Virus record (IMG/VR): IMGVR_UViG_3300044723_011313
Span: 2,942 to 66,941 of that record
Direction: 5' to 3' (one strand)
Source of the DNA: a virus
Taxonomy: Duplodnaviria; Caudoviricetes
DNA: 64,000 nucleotides
This document shows positions 35,481 to 46,076 of the stretch, one piece after another. The notes beneath the pieces are model-generated. The model did no database searches. It was not told where the DNA came from and saw nothing but the letters and a program-made list of their open reading frames with translations. Position numbers and translations under genes: made by a program. The stretch's first letter is position 1, and each line of letters starts with the position of its first letter.

Positions 35481-38400
35481 TGGTTAGAAAATCTGATAAG
35501 AAAGGATTGGGAGATCTTTTCAGAAAAGGCTCGACTGCATACGATGCTACAAAAACAAGAAAAGTTCTAGCATCTAGCAGTGCTGATGAAGTTGGAAGAG
35601 AGATTGAGTCACCCGGATATGTAAAGTCTTTTCTAAAAGATAAAGACCGTTTCTTCCCAAATGTAGATTTTTCCAATCCAGCTAATTTTGCAAAGTTTGG
35701 ATCAGCAAGGCAGTATTATGTAAAAGCCATTGAGAACATCTATAGATTCTATCCATATGATGGGTCTCTTAAAGAGAAGCTTGATTGGCACAACTCTTCT
35801 TCATATTTTGATAATTACATTTTTGAAAACGAATACCCTAGAACCAACGGGTATGTTGAAATCGGTCATACTTGGGGATCAGTTTCGTCAACAATTGATG
35901 GAACTTCCTTTGGCGATGTTGTATACAAGAAGTCATCTGCCCCTCAATATATTAGCATAAAAGGTGGACCAAACGGTCCTTCTGTTCCTGCATATGCATC
36001 AGGATCCGGATATGAAAAGCCTCTAAGCTACAAGTTCAAAGAACAAAAGGCTAATGTTTATGATGCTGATATTCGACAAGAACAAAACCTTACTATCGAT
36101 GGAACAACAGGAAACACTGTTGAGTTCTGGCTCAAATTAGAAACAGAGCCTTCGAAAAGCCAAGCCTCTCCGGGTCATGCTTATTTCGACATTTGGAACA
36201 ATGATCTTGAGTATCTTCCGGGAAGTAACCAGACATACGGTCGCCTAATCATTGAAAGTCTTTTTGATGTTGACGGAGGCGGAGATCCTGATGGTTCATA
36301 CTTAGGAGATTCCATCTTTTATGTTACATATGCATCTGGATCTAATGGTGTAAGTCGTACCCCAATCGGTCCAACAAGCCTGAGTGGAAACTTAGATATC
36401 AGCCTGTCAGATTGGAATCATTATTCTTTTGTTATGCAAAACGATCCAACTGGATCTAATTTGTTACTTAAGTTATACATAAATGGGGATCTTGCAGATA
36501 CAGTTATAACTGGATCTCAGATCAACTCAGTCGATACTTTGCCGCTCAATGCAAACATTGGTGCCTACAGGATTGGTCCAACACCTGCTTTGTATAGTTT
36601 GGGCATGAATAGTGATGGATGGGGAGCCTTATCTGGATCTTCGATGGATGAATTCAGGTTTTGGAAAAGTGCAAGAAGCTCAAAACAAATTGGAAGAAAT
36701 TGGTTTACACAAGTAGGTGGAGGCACCAATTCAGATTATGGCACTACCGAATCCAAGTTCAGTGGATCATCTAATCCAGTTGACTTAGGAGTTTATTACA
36801 AGTTCAATGAAGGTATTACACTTACTGCCTCTCTGGACAGAGTAACTTTGGACTATTCTGGTCGCATCTCAAATGGATTCATCAATAATTATTCTTCAGG
36901 AATGAGATCTACTGGATCCGCTATGGTTATTTCCAATGCGGCAGAAAGAGAATTCAAAGATCCAATTATCTATAGCAGCCATCCAAGTGTTGTTACATAC
37001 GAGGCAGCAGCTAGTTCGAAAGGTCGTGAATACGATGGAAGAAACTCTTCTTTCATGTTCAACACTCTTCCCGGATGGATTATCGATCAAGACGAAGATA
37101 GACAGAGAGATACAGTTCTAGCCTTGACTCAAATTATGTCAAGCTACTTTGATGAGCTTTCTTTGCAAATAGAGAAGCTTCCAGAATTGAAAAATAAGGG
37201 ATATATAAGTGGATCTGTAAGCGGAAGCACAAACAAGCCATTGCCATTTGCTGATAGGTTATTGAAGAGTCATGGGTTTGTAGCTCCCGAAATATTTGCA
37301 GATGCAGAAATTTTAGAATCATTGGCTAATAGAGATGACAGCAGAGAGTTTGAAAGAAAATTAGCTGATGTCAAAAACCAGATTTATACAAACATTTATA
37401 ATAACCTTTTGTTCATCAATAAGTCCAAAGGGACAGAGAAGGCTATAAGAAACCTTATTAGATGCTATGGTGTTGATGATGATCTATACTCGCTCAACAT
37501 GTATGCAGATAATGCATTTATAAAGTTGTCTGAATCTTCTAGACCAAAAGTTGTTCGCAAAACATATGCTGACTTTAATAGTTTGGCAAATTTTGATGCA
37601 ACGGTTTACCAACACCCAGATCCATCTAATTCTAATTCGGTATCATATATTACAGGAAGTACGGATCCAAGTTTTGATGGCTTCGATTCGCACACGGGGA
37701 TGACATTAGAAGCAGAAGCAATCTTTCCCAAGAAGCCCCTTTCAAACTCTCCGGGATTTTTAGACAAAGCATTTGTAGGTTTATCTGCTTCTTTGTTTGG
37801 TATGCACTCTGCTGTTGAGACTTCTACAGATTATGCTTGGGCAGATGATGATTATGCCAACTTCCAAGTATATGCAGTTAGATCATCAGAGACATATCCT
37901 TCAAATAGAGATGTACATTTTGTTTTGAGTGCTTCAAATGTCAATGACACAACTGAAGGAATCTTTACAAAGATTGTTACAGATGTCTACAAGGAAGTGT
38001 ATGAAAATCAAAAGTGGAACTTCGCTGTAAAAGTAAAGCCAGAAAGGTATCCAAACATAGGTGAAATCTCTGGCTCAAGCGACGGTGTTGGATATACTGT
38101 AGAATTCTTCGGTGTATGCACATTCAATGACCAAATTATCCACCAGTTTGCTTTGACTGAATCAATCAATCAAGCAAATGGTATTCAATTTGCAACAAAT
38201 AGAAAAAGAATTTATGCAGGTGCTCACAGAACAAACTTTACAGGTTCTTTGCTGACTAAAACAGATGCAAGAATATCTTCTTGCAGATACTGGTCTATAC
38301 CTTTAGAAAACGAAGAAATCGTTTCTCATGCGATAGACCCTAAAAATTTCGGTGTTTTCAATGCAATGGAAAGCAGTTACTTGTTGCAAACGGCACCATC

Positions 38401-41400
38401 TGCATTTCCTCAAGACATTGCAAAAATAAACACTCTTGCTTTGCATTGGGACTTTGATACTGTAACTGGATCCGATTCAAATGGTCAATTTATTGTTCAA
38501 GACTATTCTTCTGGTTCAGACGATGCGAGATATGGAGATGGATTCTCTAATTTGTTACTCAAGCAACACACTGGTAGAGGTGATTTCTTCGCAACTAGCA
38601 GCCAAACAGCAGTATCTAGAGAATATGTTCAAAGTTACAGACAACAAGTACCAGAGAATTTAAATTCTTACACTTCTGTAAACATTCTGTCAAGAGACGA
38701 TGAGCTTTTCACAACAAGGACAAAGCCAATCAAGTTCACTTATGCAGTCGAAAAAAGCATGTATCAGACCATTTCAGAAGAAATGATCAATTTTATGGCT
38801 GCTGCATCTGATGCAAGTGCTATGGAAAACTTGATTGGAGATCCTGTAAACAAATATAGAGCAAATTATAAAGCTCTTGAAAAGATTAGAAACATTTTCT
38901 TCGAAAGAGTTCAGAACACTCCTGACTTAGATAAGTATTTGGATTACTTCAAGTGGCTCGACTCTGCTGTGTCAGAAATGGTCGAGAAGTTAGCCCCTGC
39001 TTCAGCAAGAATCAATGAAGTTTCTAATGTTGTCGAAAGTCATCTTTTCGAGAGAGGCGGCAAATATGCACACAGGTTCCCAACAATGCACTTTGGGTCG
39101 AATGATCCAAGTGGTTCAATTAGAGGTATCAATGAGCTTCTTTACGATTGGGAATTTGGACATGCCCCAATTAGCTTGGAACAAGATGAAAATTGTTTGT
39201 GGTGGAATAAAAGAGCACTAAGAGATGATGCTAGTCTTGCAATAGGAAATGACGGTGTTGATACAGACAGAACTAGAATTCATTCTGCATCAGTGCAAGT
39301 TTTCAACAGAAGATTCAACTCTCCATATAGAATTACAGCGATTGATGGCGGAGGATCTAAGAAGACACAGAGAAATATCAAGTCAATTGTAATGACAGAG
39401 ACGGTTCCTTTGAATAACGACAAAGGATTGTCTTTCAATACAGGAACATTCTTGAGCAGTTCTGATTGTTCTGACTTAGACAAGATAGATCCAAACAGAA
39501 AATATAGAACAGACTATCAAGTAACTTTTAGAGACAACGATGGCAAAGTATTACCCGGAAAATTAGTTGGTAATTACGAGTTTGTATCTTCATCTGTTGA
39601 GCCAAGTGACGGAGAAGTGCCAAGCGGATATACTATAGATTCTCAGCACTTGCAAGATTACTACTCTTTACACAAAGAGATTCCGATTCAAGGACCATTC
39701 ACGGAACAACATGTGGGTGGTAACTCGCATAGGCATGAAGGCTTGAATATTGGTGTTGCAACAGAACGACCAGAAGGATATGTTGTAAATACATCTGTAG
39801 ATTCTGATGGAAATATTCAATATAATGTTGTGAACCCTTCTTATAATGATGTAAATGCTCCAAGAGCGGATTATACAAGGGATTTTGTTGCCAAAAGTGC
39901 TGTAAATATCAAGAATATTCAAACAAATACAGCTTCAATTCAAAACGAATACGGATCTTTGGTTGCCGAAGGTAACTATGTGAACGATTATGAGATTGTT
40001 CAAATCCCCGGTAGAGACATCAACAACAGATATTTGGCTGAAAATGGGGGCATTGACACCACATTTGCAACATCTTCCATCGTTTTTGGTCTAGAAGATT
40101 ACGAAGTTCCAGATAGAGGAAGAAATTCAAGCATTATGGTCAGTAGGTTCTCTGCTCCGGGAGGTCCTGAAGTAAATAGCCCTGCTTATTTGGATGCTGA
40201 ATCAGAAACCTATTCAATATACAATGTTTTACCATTCAGAAACCTGTCAGTTAGACGACCAATGAATACTCTTTTGACAAGACACTCTAATTTTGGTGGA
40301 ATTGACAGTGTGTTGGGCTCCCCATCTGCATCTTATCAGAAGACACAAAGAAATGGGGCAAAAAGAATCGTATCAAGCAGCAGTGGATATTCAACTGCTT
40401 CTGTATATGACAATTACTGGGTTCAACATATGATCCCACAAAGTGATTTGCAATACTCATGGATCACAGCATCTGCAATTCAAGCACCATTTGGATATTC
40501 TAAGAAAGACTTTTCAAATGCTAGCGAAGCATCAACTGATATACTGTTTGTGACTGCTAGTTTGACTGGTGCATATCGAGAAAACGGCGAATTGGTTCCT
40601 GTTGACTTTGTTGGCTTGAATTCTGTAGTATTGAACAGTGTAGATAATAGCTCAAACTTGATCGAATTCACATCTAGTACTGATTTGTTCCCTGCAAACG
40701 GAGAACTTAAGTCGACTTTACTTCTCAATTCAATCAATTTGAACACAAACGGACCCGGAGGCTTTTCTTCTTGGAAGCAAGTTAGACAATCGTATAATCC
40801 TATTGTAAGAAATATGAACAAAACTAATAGAATTAGTTTTGTCACAGGAGAAACATTAGAGAGCTACACAGAATCACCAGTTACTTTTAGATTCAAGCCA
40901 ATGGAACACCAGTTTGTTTTGAAAAACGGTGATACAATCAATATAAAAAGCTCTTATGGAAACAATCTTCATAGTTTTAGTGATCCAAATATCGTATCTA
41001 AATTGAATATTGGTCCTGTAAAGATTGAAAAGTTGTTCCAACTCAAGGCAGGAATAGGTCAAACTTATGATGATTTGAAGGCAATTTACATTTATCAACA
41101 AATGGATTCAGATTTTAGTCCTTTTGCAATTGATGATTTTGGTGCCAACCGTCTTGAATTTTTGAAATATTCAGAAGATATTTATCCTGCTGGAAACAAT
41201 GTTGGACTTTCTAAGGTTAGAGGTAGAGAGAATTACACAGTAGCTACTGGATCTGAAAACTTTGAAGTAAACTTGGGAGACTCAATAGCTTTTTGGAAAG
41301 ACAATATTGATGATAGACAGAGAACAAACGATGTAGCAAGAAATGCCCAAGGCTTATTGATTGCCAGTGGATCATCCTACTTTGGAATTTCTGATCTTAG

Positions 41401-44400
41401 CATTTGGCCGCTTGATGCAGAAGAACCATTCTACGACTTGGAACATCATTCTGCATCTGGGGATGCTGCATACACTTTGGCACAGCAAGGGTATGATCCA
41501 TTTTATTATTCTCCACTAGGACCATCTGGAGCACAGCTAGACCCGGATGTTGAGCCTCGCTGGAATGATGTCACAAAGAACGGAGAGCTTTCTTATGCCG
41601 GTTGGATTTATAATCTACTGAATATACAGATACAAGGTAAAGTAAGATACGATGATGGAAACGGACCCGGAGCACCAACTGGTTCTGGTCCAATTGAAGT
41701 GAAGACCTATTATGTTGAAGCTTCTCCAACAGCATCGTTCCAATTTGAGTATCCAAATATGATTTGGTCTGGATCGATTGCTTACACATCTGATTACTAT
41801 GCAGCAACTGGTCCGAGACCTTCTGCTTCGTTGCATTTGATCCCTCCTTACAGAGCAAATGTGCTTAGTGGAAGATCTCCTTGGTTTGATTCATATGAAG
41901 ATTATGCAAAAGACATCAGGTCTTTTGGTAAAGACTTCAGTGTCTTGCCAGAATTTAGAATCTCAGAGCATATCGATTATTATTTGAGTAAAGGTGCCAA
42001 ATCTATCAATAAAAAGTATGCCACCCTTGTTGGTGCATCTACTGATGTAACCGCATCTGCTGATGGAGAAGAATTATCATCATTATTCAATAAAGACTTC
42101 ATAAACACTTATCAAATGAGTGATTTTATGAAGCATTTCAAAATCATAAAAGAAGATCACAACAAAGAAGTTGGTGGTGTAAAAGAAGTAGATACTATTG
42201 AGGGAGAAGGAGGAGTCCCAACATCAGTAGTTACAGAAAAGACTCGAAAAGCAGCCAAGTTTTCTAAGATAAAATTGGAATGCGAAGGGATCAAAAAACT
42301 CTTACCATATCAAGGATTTTATCCTGCTCTCCGTGCAGTTCAACTTGGTCATCTTTTTGCAGACTCTTATGGTCCATATATCACAGGATCTAACACAAGA
42401 TTGGAAATAGAACCATCAAGAGCCGAATCAGAACAAGGTGTAAGTATGGAAAGGTTGGCTGCACTTTATCAGCCATTCTTTGCACCGGGAATCTTTTTCA
42501 ATACTATCAAGTCTGGTATAGCTGTTGATTATGCTGTTCACACAGGCTCTCAGCCACAGGTACAAACAAACCCATATTTCAGAGTATCAAGTCCTTTCAG
42601 TGGGGCAGGATATCCTATGAATCAATTTGGAGAGGGTCCAAATTATGTATTTCCGTTTGAAGCCATAGTGAATCCGGACAGATTCCTCCCTATCTCCTCT
42701 TCAGAAATAGGACCAGATACAAATGTGCCATCAGCAAGTGTATACTTTGTATATCCTCATTTTACCGGATCTACTGTCACAGTCTATAATGAAAATTTCT
42801 ATGCAAGAGACGGCGACAGGGCAATCTTTAGAGAAGATCAAGGTTTCAATGGTATAGGGTCTGCATCTGGATCTGGAGCACAGCCTATATACTTTGAATG
42901 GTTGGGGCAAAGCGATGTAAAATACTCTTTGGCTGCAAACAATTTCTTTGCAGAAGTTCAAAACTTTTTCCTCGAAAAGAGGTCTCCAACTTCATTTGTT
43001 TCACAAGCGGAAAAGAGTTTCAAGACAATGACTTCGGGCTCATCTTACTATATGGATGTGGTTCTCTATAAGACGGACGATTTTATATCTTACGAAGGTC
43101 CTTCTGGTTCTTTCTCATATGATCCATATGGAGGAGATTTGTCTAGATATGACCAATCAGCAGTAAATCTTTTGGGAGATGGAAAAAGATATGAAAAAGC
43201 TACCGCAACTATCACTACTGCAACAGGGTTTGCAAATGGCGAAACTATAACACTGGTTGATTCAGATGGAACATCTCATCTATTTACTTTAGATAACACA
43301 ATCACTTACGGTGCTGGTGGTAATCCATCCTATTCTGGAACAGGAAAAGTTGGAATTAGTGGAATTAGTACAGCAAATGATTTTGCTTCTGCTATAGCCG
43401 TCGCTGTAACTGGTTCTTCTGCTAGTGGTGCAACTGGGTTTGATAGTAGTGTTGCGACCAATGTTGTTACTGTTGAAACTGATAAAGCAGGTTCTGACGG
43501 AAATCAAACCAATTCAGAAACATTAAGTGGAGATACAGTCGTAGGAGACTTCATAAATGGATCTAATCCAAATCCAGTTTCGGCTAGAGGTATACACTAT
43601 GGACCTCCATATAGATCACAACAATATGCATGGGGCTTGAAAGGCACAGGGTCGGCTTGGTTTGAAGATCCTTCTTATGCTATCCACACTCCTCCTTATT
43701 TCTATGGAGATGCAATTGCAAGAATTGAATTCAAACCTCATGAAGCGAGAGACTTAGCAGAAGGAGAATCAGCAAAGTTCACTCTTCAAGAGATTTTGGC
43801 AAATGCTAAAGTAAACACAAGTTATAGAAATAAGAACCAGCGAGCAAAAGCACTTCAAAACGATGATTACAGAAATGATTATCCGGCAGGAAGATCGCAA
43901 ATGCAAATTTCTTCTTCTGTAAACTTGTTCGGTCAAATAACTTTGAAAGAAGTTCAATATAAGAATCAGAAAGATGCAGCAGGTAATTTCATACCAGATG
44001 GTGCTACAACACCAGTTATTCAAGATTCACAAGATGCTTGGGTAATTGAGTCAAAGTTTGAATGCCCATCAGTAAACTTATTTGATATGGATGTTGATTC
44101 TTTGGGAGCCGGTGCAGGTCTTGGAAAAGAAAAGTATTATACAAAAGGAATTTGGAAAGGCTATGGTCGCCCATCTTCTGGCTCATCTGGAATTTACATG
44201 CAAATTCGTGAGAGCTTTGGACCAAAAACTTATGCAATTGGAGGAAATACAGAGTTCAATCCATCTGCAAAAACTCCATTGACTGGTTCTCTAATTGATG
44301 TATGCGGATTCAAAGCAGACCAACAAAGGGTAGGGGAAATTGCAGACAACAGAGAATTATCAGAAGCTATTGTTGCGATACCTGTAGATGGAAAAGGAAT

Positions 44401-45028
44401 GCCTTTCAACATCAGTACGACTGCTTATAAGACCCAAATTCAGAACATGAAAAATGGAGATCTTCCTGTGCTAGCAGGACAGCTTGATTCGGAAAAGGAT
44501 GTCGAAGAAACTTCTATTTCTAGAATGTATAACTTGATGCAAAAATATTACATTCCGCCAGATATGGATTTCTCAAAAGAAGATAATTTCAGCACTCTTA
44601 CAATAAAACCTTTTGTAATGTATATCTTTGAGTTTACACATACACTCTCAAAAGAAGACTTGTCTTATATTTGGCAAAACTTGATGCCTGACATTTCTAT
44701 AAAGGCAGAAAAGCAAAAGTCTGTTTTTGAGCATGAAATTGGACCTGCATATGAATTCTTTGGAACTCTTGGAGAACAAGGGTTCCCTGACAATGTTAGA
44801 TGGAAAGTATTCAAAGTAAAGAAAAGAGCACGAAACAACTATTTCAATATCACTAAAACATCTGAGAGAGGTAATGGCTTCGCATTTACATCTCAGACTG
44901 AATTAGCAGGATTCTCATCTGATCCAGAGGCAGAATTGCCATTCAGCTACAACTGGCCTTATGATTTCTGCTCACTGGTTGAATTAGCTAAGGTCAATTC
45001 AGAGGTTACTTTTGAGCCGGAAGAATAA
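35480..45028 (+). CDS. 3182-aa baseplate wedge protein (gp7-like) with LamG/concanavalin domains
   Basis: LamG patterns TVEFWLK..WNHYSFV..LYINGDL..DEFRFWKSAR..YYKFNEG and a second copy ending LHWDFD; gp7-like KSKGTEKAIRNLIRCYG; position after gp6. Confidence 0.65.
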   Translation: MVRKSDKKGLGDLFRKGSTAYDATKTRKVLASSSADEVGREIESPGYVKSFLKDKDRFFPNVDFSNPANFAKFGSARQYYVKAIENIYRFYPYDGSLKEKLDWHNSSSYFDNYIFENEYPRTNGYVEIGHTWGSVSSTIDGTSFGDVVYKKSSAPQYISIKGGPNGPSVPAYASGSGYEKPLSYKFKEQKANVYDADIRQEQNLTIDGTTGNTVEFWLKLETEPSKSQASPGHAYFDIWNNDLEYLPGSNQTYGRLIIESLFDVDGGGDPDGSYLGDSIFYVTYASGSNGVSRTPIGPTSLSGNLDISLSDWNHYSFVMQNDPTGSNLLLKLYINGDLADTVITGSQINSVDTLPLNANIGAYRIGPTPALYSLGMNSDGWGALSGSSMDEFRFWKSARSSKQIGRNWFTQVGGGTNSDYGTTESKFSGSSNPVDLGVYYKFNEGITLTASLDRVTLDYSGRISNGFINNYSSGMRSTGSAMVISNAAEREFKDPIIYSSHPSVVTYEAAASSKGREYDGRNSSFMFNTLPGWIIDQDEDRQRDTVLALTQIMSSYFDELSLQIEKLPELKNKGYISGSVSGSTNKPLPFADRLLKSHGFVAPEIFADAEILESLANRDDSREFERKLADVKNQIYTNIYNNLLFINKSKGTEKAIRNLIRCYGVDDDLYSLNMYADNAFIKLSESSRPKVVRKTYADFNSLANFDATVYQHPDPSNSNSVSYITGSTDPSFDGFDSHTGMTLEAEAIFPKKPLSNSPGFLDKAFVGLSASLFGMHSAVETSTDYAWADDDYANFQVYAVRSSETYPSNRDVHFVLSASNVNDTTEGIFTKIVTDVYKEVYENQKWNFAVKVKPERYPNIGEISGSSDGVGYTVEFFGVCTFNDQIIHQFALTESINQANGIQFATNRKRIYAGAHRTNFTGSLLTKTDARISSCRYWSIPLENEEIVSHAIDPKNFGVFNAMESSYLLQTAPSAFPQDIAKINTLALHWDFDTVTGSDSNGQFIVQDYSSGSDDARYGDGFSNLLLKQHTGRGDFFATSSQTAVSREYVQSYRQQVPENLNSYTSVNILSRDDELFTTRTKPIKFTYAVEKSMYQTISEEMINFMAAASDASAMENLIGDPVNKYRANYKALEKIRNIFFERVQNTPDLDKYLDYFKWLDSAVSEMVEKLAPASARINEVSNVVESHLFERGGKYAHRFPTMHFGSNDPSGSIRGINELLYDWEFGHAPISLEQDENCLWWNKRALRDDASLAIGNDGVDTDRTRIHSASVQVFNRRFNSPYRITAIDGGGSKKTQRNIKSIVMTETVPLNNDKGLSFNTGTFLSSSDCSDLDKIDPNRKYRTDYQVTFRDNDGKVLPGKLVGNYEFVSSSVEPSDGEVPSGYTIDSQHLQDYYSLHKEIPIQGPFTEQHVGGNSHRHEGLNIGVATERPEGYVVNTSVDSDGNIQYNVVNPSYNDVNAPRADYTRDFVAKSAVNIKNIQTNTASIQNEYGSLVAEGNYVNDYEIVQIPGRDINNRYLAENGGIDTTFATSSIVFGLEDYEVPDRGRNSSIMVSRFSAPGGPEVNSPAYLDAESETYSIYNVLPFRNLSVRRPMNTLLTRHSNFGGIDSVLGSPSASYQKTQRNGAKRIVSSSSGYSTASVYDNYWVQHMIPQSDLQYSWITASAIQAPFGYSKKDFSNASEASTDILFVTASLTGAYRENGELVPVDFVGLNSVVLNSVDNSSNLIEFTSSTDLFPANGELKSTLLLNSINLNTNGPGGFSSWKQVRQSYNPIVRNMNKTNRISFVTGETLESYTESPVTFRFKPMEHQFVLKNGDTINIKSSYGNNLHSFSDPNIVSKLNIGPVKIEKLFQLKAGIGQTYDDLKAIYIYQQMDSDFSPFAIDDFGANRLEFLKYSEDIYPAGNNVGLSKVRGRENYTVATGSENFEVNLGDSIAFWKDNIDDRQRTNDVARNAQGLLIASGSSYFGISDLSIWPLDAEEPFYDLEHHSASGDAAYTLAQQGYDPFYYSPLGPSGAQLDPDVEPRWNDVTKNGELSYAGWIYNLLNIQIQGKVRYDDGNGPGAPTGSGPIEVKTYYVEASPTASFQFEYPNMIWSGSIAYTSDYYAATGPRPSASLHLIPPYRANVLSGRSPWFDSYEDYAKDIRSFGKDFSVLPEFRISEHIDYYLSKGAKSINKKYATLVGASTDVTASADGEELSSLFNKDFINTYQMSDFMKHFKIIKEDHNKEVGGVKEVDTIEGEGGVPTSVVTEKTRKAAKFSKIKLECEGIKKLLPYQGFYPALRAVQLGHLFADSYGPYITGSNTRLEIEPSRAESEQGVSMERLAALYQPFFAPGIFFNTIKSGIAVDYAVHTGSQPQVQTNPYFRVSSPFSGAGYPMNQFGEGPNYVFPFEAIVNPDRFLPISSSEIGPDTNVPSASVYFVYPHFTGSTVTVYNENFYARDGDRAIFREDQGFNGIGSASGSGAQPIYFEWLGQSDVKYSLAANNFFAEVQNFFLEKRSPTSFVSQAEKSFKTMTSGSSYYMDVVLYKTDDFISYEGPSGSFSYDPYGGDLSRYDQSAVNLLGDGKRYEKATATITTATGFANGETITLVDSDGTSHLFTLDNTITYGAGGNPSYSGTGKVGISGISTANDFASAIAVAVTGSSASGATGFDSSVATNVVTVETDKAGSDGNQTNSETLSGDTVVGDFINGSNPNPVSARGIHYGPPYRSQQYAWGLKGTGSAWFEDPSYAIHTPPYFYGDAIARIEFKPHEARDLAEGESAKFTLQEILANAKVNTSYRNKNQRAKALQNDDYRNDYPAGRSQMQISSSVNLFGQITLKEVQYKNQKDAAGNFIPDGATTPVIQDSQDAWVIESKFECPSVNLFDMDVDSLGAGAGLGKEKYYTKGIWKGYGRPSSGSSGIYMQIRESFGPKTYAIGGNTEFNPSAKTPLTGSLIDVCGFKADQQRVGEIADNRELSEAIVAIPVDGKGMPFNISTTAYKTQIQNMKNGDLPVLAGQLDSEKDVEETSISRMYNLMQKYYIPPDMDFSKEDNFSTLTIKPFVMYIFEFTHTLSKEDLSYIWQNLMPDISIKAEKQKSVFEHEIGPAYEFFGTLGEQGFPDNVRWKVFKVKKRARNNYFNITKTSERGNGFAFTSQTELAGFSSDPEAELPFSYNWPYDFCSLVELAKVNSEVTFEPEE

Positions 45029-45041
45029 TTAAGAATAGATT

Positions 45042-46076
45042 ATGGAATTTTTTGATAGAAAAGAAGAAGTAATAAACTTAGAACTAACTCCCTATGGCAA
45101 AAGACTCATGTCACAAGGGAGATTTAGACCGGTTTACTATGCTTTTTATGACAACGACATCATTTATGATACTCAATATGCCGGAAACGAAGAGACTCAG
45201 AAAGATATAGAAGACAGAATCAAGTCGACTCCTCGTCCCAAGGCACAGTCTATTTTAGATGGAATCGAGTCTAAATTCACGGAAATAAACAGGGTATTTA
45301 TTGACGATATTGAAAATAAGCTCAATAATTTAGCAAAGCCCGGATCAAAACAGAATATCTATGGTCTTCCATTGCCAATAGGAAATTCAGCCCTTGGTGT
45401 ACAAAATGCTCCTGCATGGGACATTAGGTTTATTGAAGCTAGTGCAAGCTCTTCCACGGATGCTATTAGTGGGTCTTATGGATTTATAAAAATTCCACAA
45501 ATTGAAGTAGATGTCTATTATAATACCTCAGTATCAGAAGTGGATGCTGCTATGACTTCTCCTACTCTAAACTATCCGGGACCTATAACTCCGGGATCAC
45601 ATGATGTAGAGCCAGCAATAACCGAAGATGGAGAGGAAAATCCTTCAGTGACATACAGCGGAGAAACGGAAATAGACACTGTTAGTGTGTCGAAGGTTTA
45701 TCCTGATGGAACTTTCATAGAATTAGACAAAGATTATGTTTTATTAGATATTAGAGAGATCAATGGCTTGTTTGACAAAGAGAACTTTGATATTGAAGTT
45801 TATGAAATAGTTGCTGGATCAGATAATGATGAGTCTCTAAGAAGATTGCGATTTTTGAAAGATGAAATCGAGGTTGATAATGATAATGTTATTTACGACC
45901 CAATTCTAAAAGAGAATGTAAAAGTGGATGAAACATATGTAGAATACTTCTTTGATATTAGAATTGATGATGAAATAGAAAAACCATTACTAAGCGAAAC
46001 ACAAAAGCAAATCATTTCACTTCCAAAATCAGATCCAGATTCGGAAGACGAGCCTTGCTTGGATGAACCAGTATGA
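45042..46076 (+). CDS. Virion structural protein, paralog of 53137-54054
   Basis: FFD..VINLELTPYGKRLMSQG.F...YYAFYDNDIIYD aligns with FLD..IILDAVLTDAGRARLAAG..F...YAFADDEIDY. Confidence 0.6.
   Translation: MEFFDRKEEVINLELTPYGKRLMSQGRFRPVYYAFYDNDIIYDTQYAGNEETQKDIEDRIKSTPRPKAQSILDGIESKFTEINRVFIDDIENKLNNLAKPGSKQNIYGLPLPIGNSALGVQNAPAWDIRFIEASASSSTDAISGSYGFIKIPQIEVDVYYNTSVSEVDAAMTSPTLNYPGPITPGSHDVEPAITEDGEENPSVTYSGETEIDTVSVSKVYPDGTFIELDKDYVLLDIREINGLFDKENFDIEVYEIVAGSDNDESLRRLRFLKDEIEVDNDNVIYDPILKENVKVDETYVEYFFDIRIDDEIEKPLLSETQKQIISLPKSDPDSEDEPCLDEPV

Noticed and set aside
23715-45028. Inteins, introns or DGR target/template repeats in the giant ORFs
   Set aside because: No C/S...HN splice motifs, LAGLIDADG/HNH motifs, reverse transcriptase or adenine-variant repeat pair noticed by eye; a computational repeat search was not possible.
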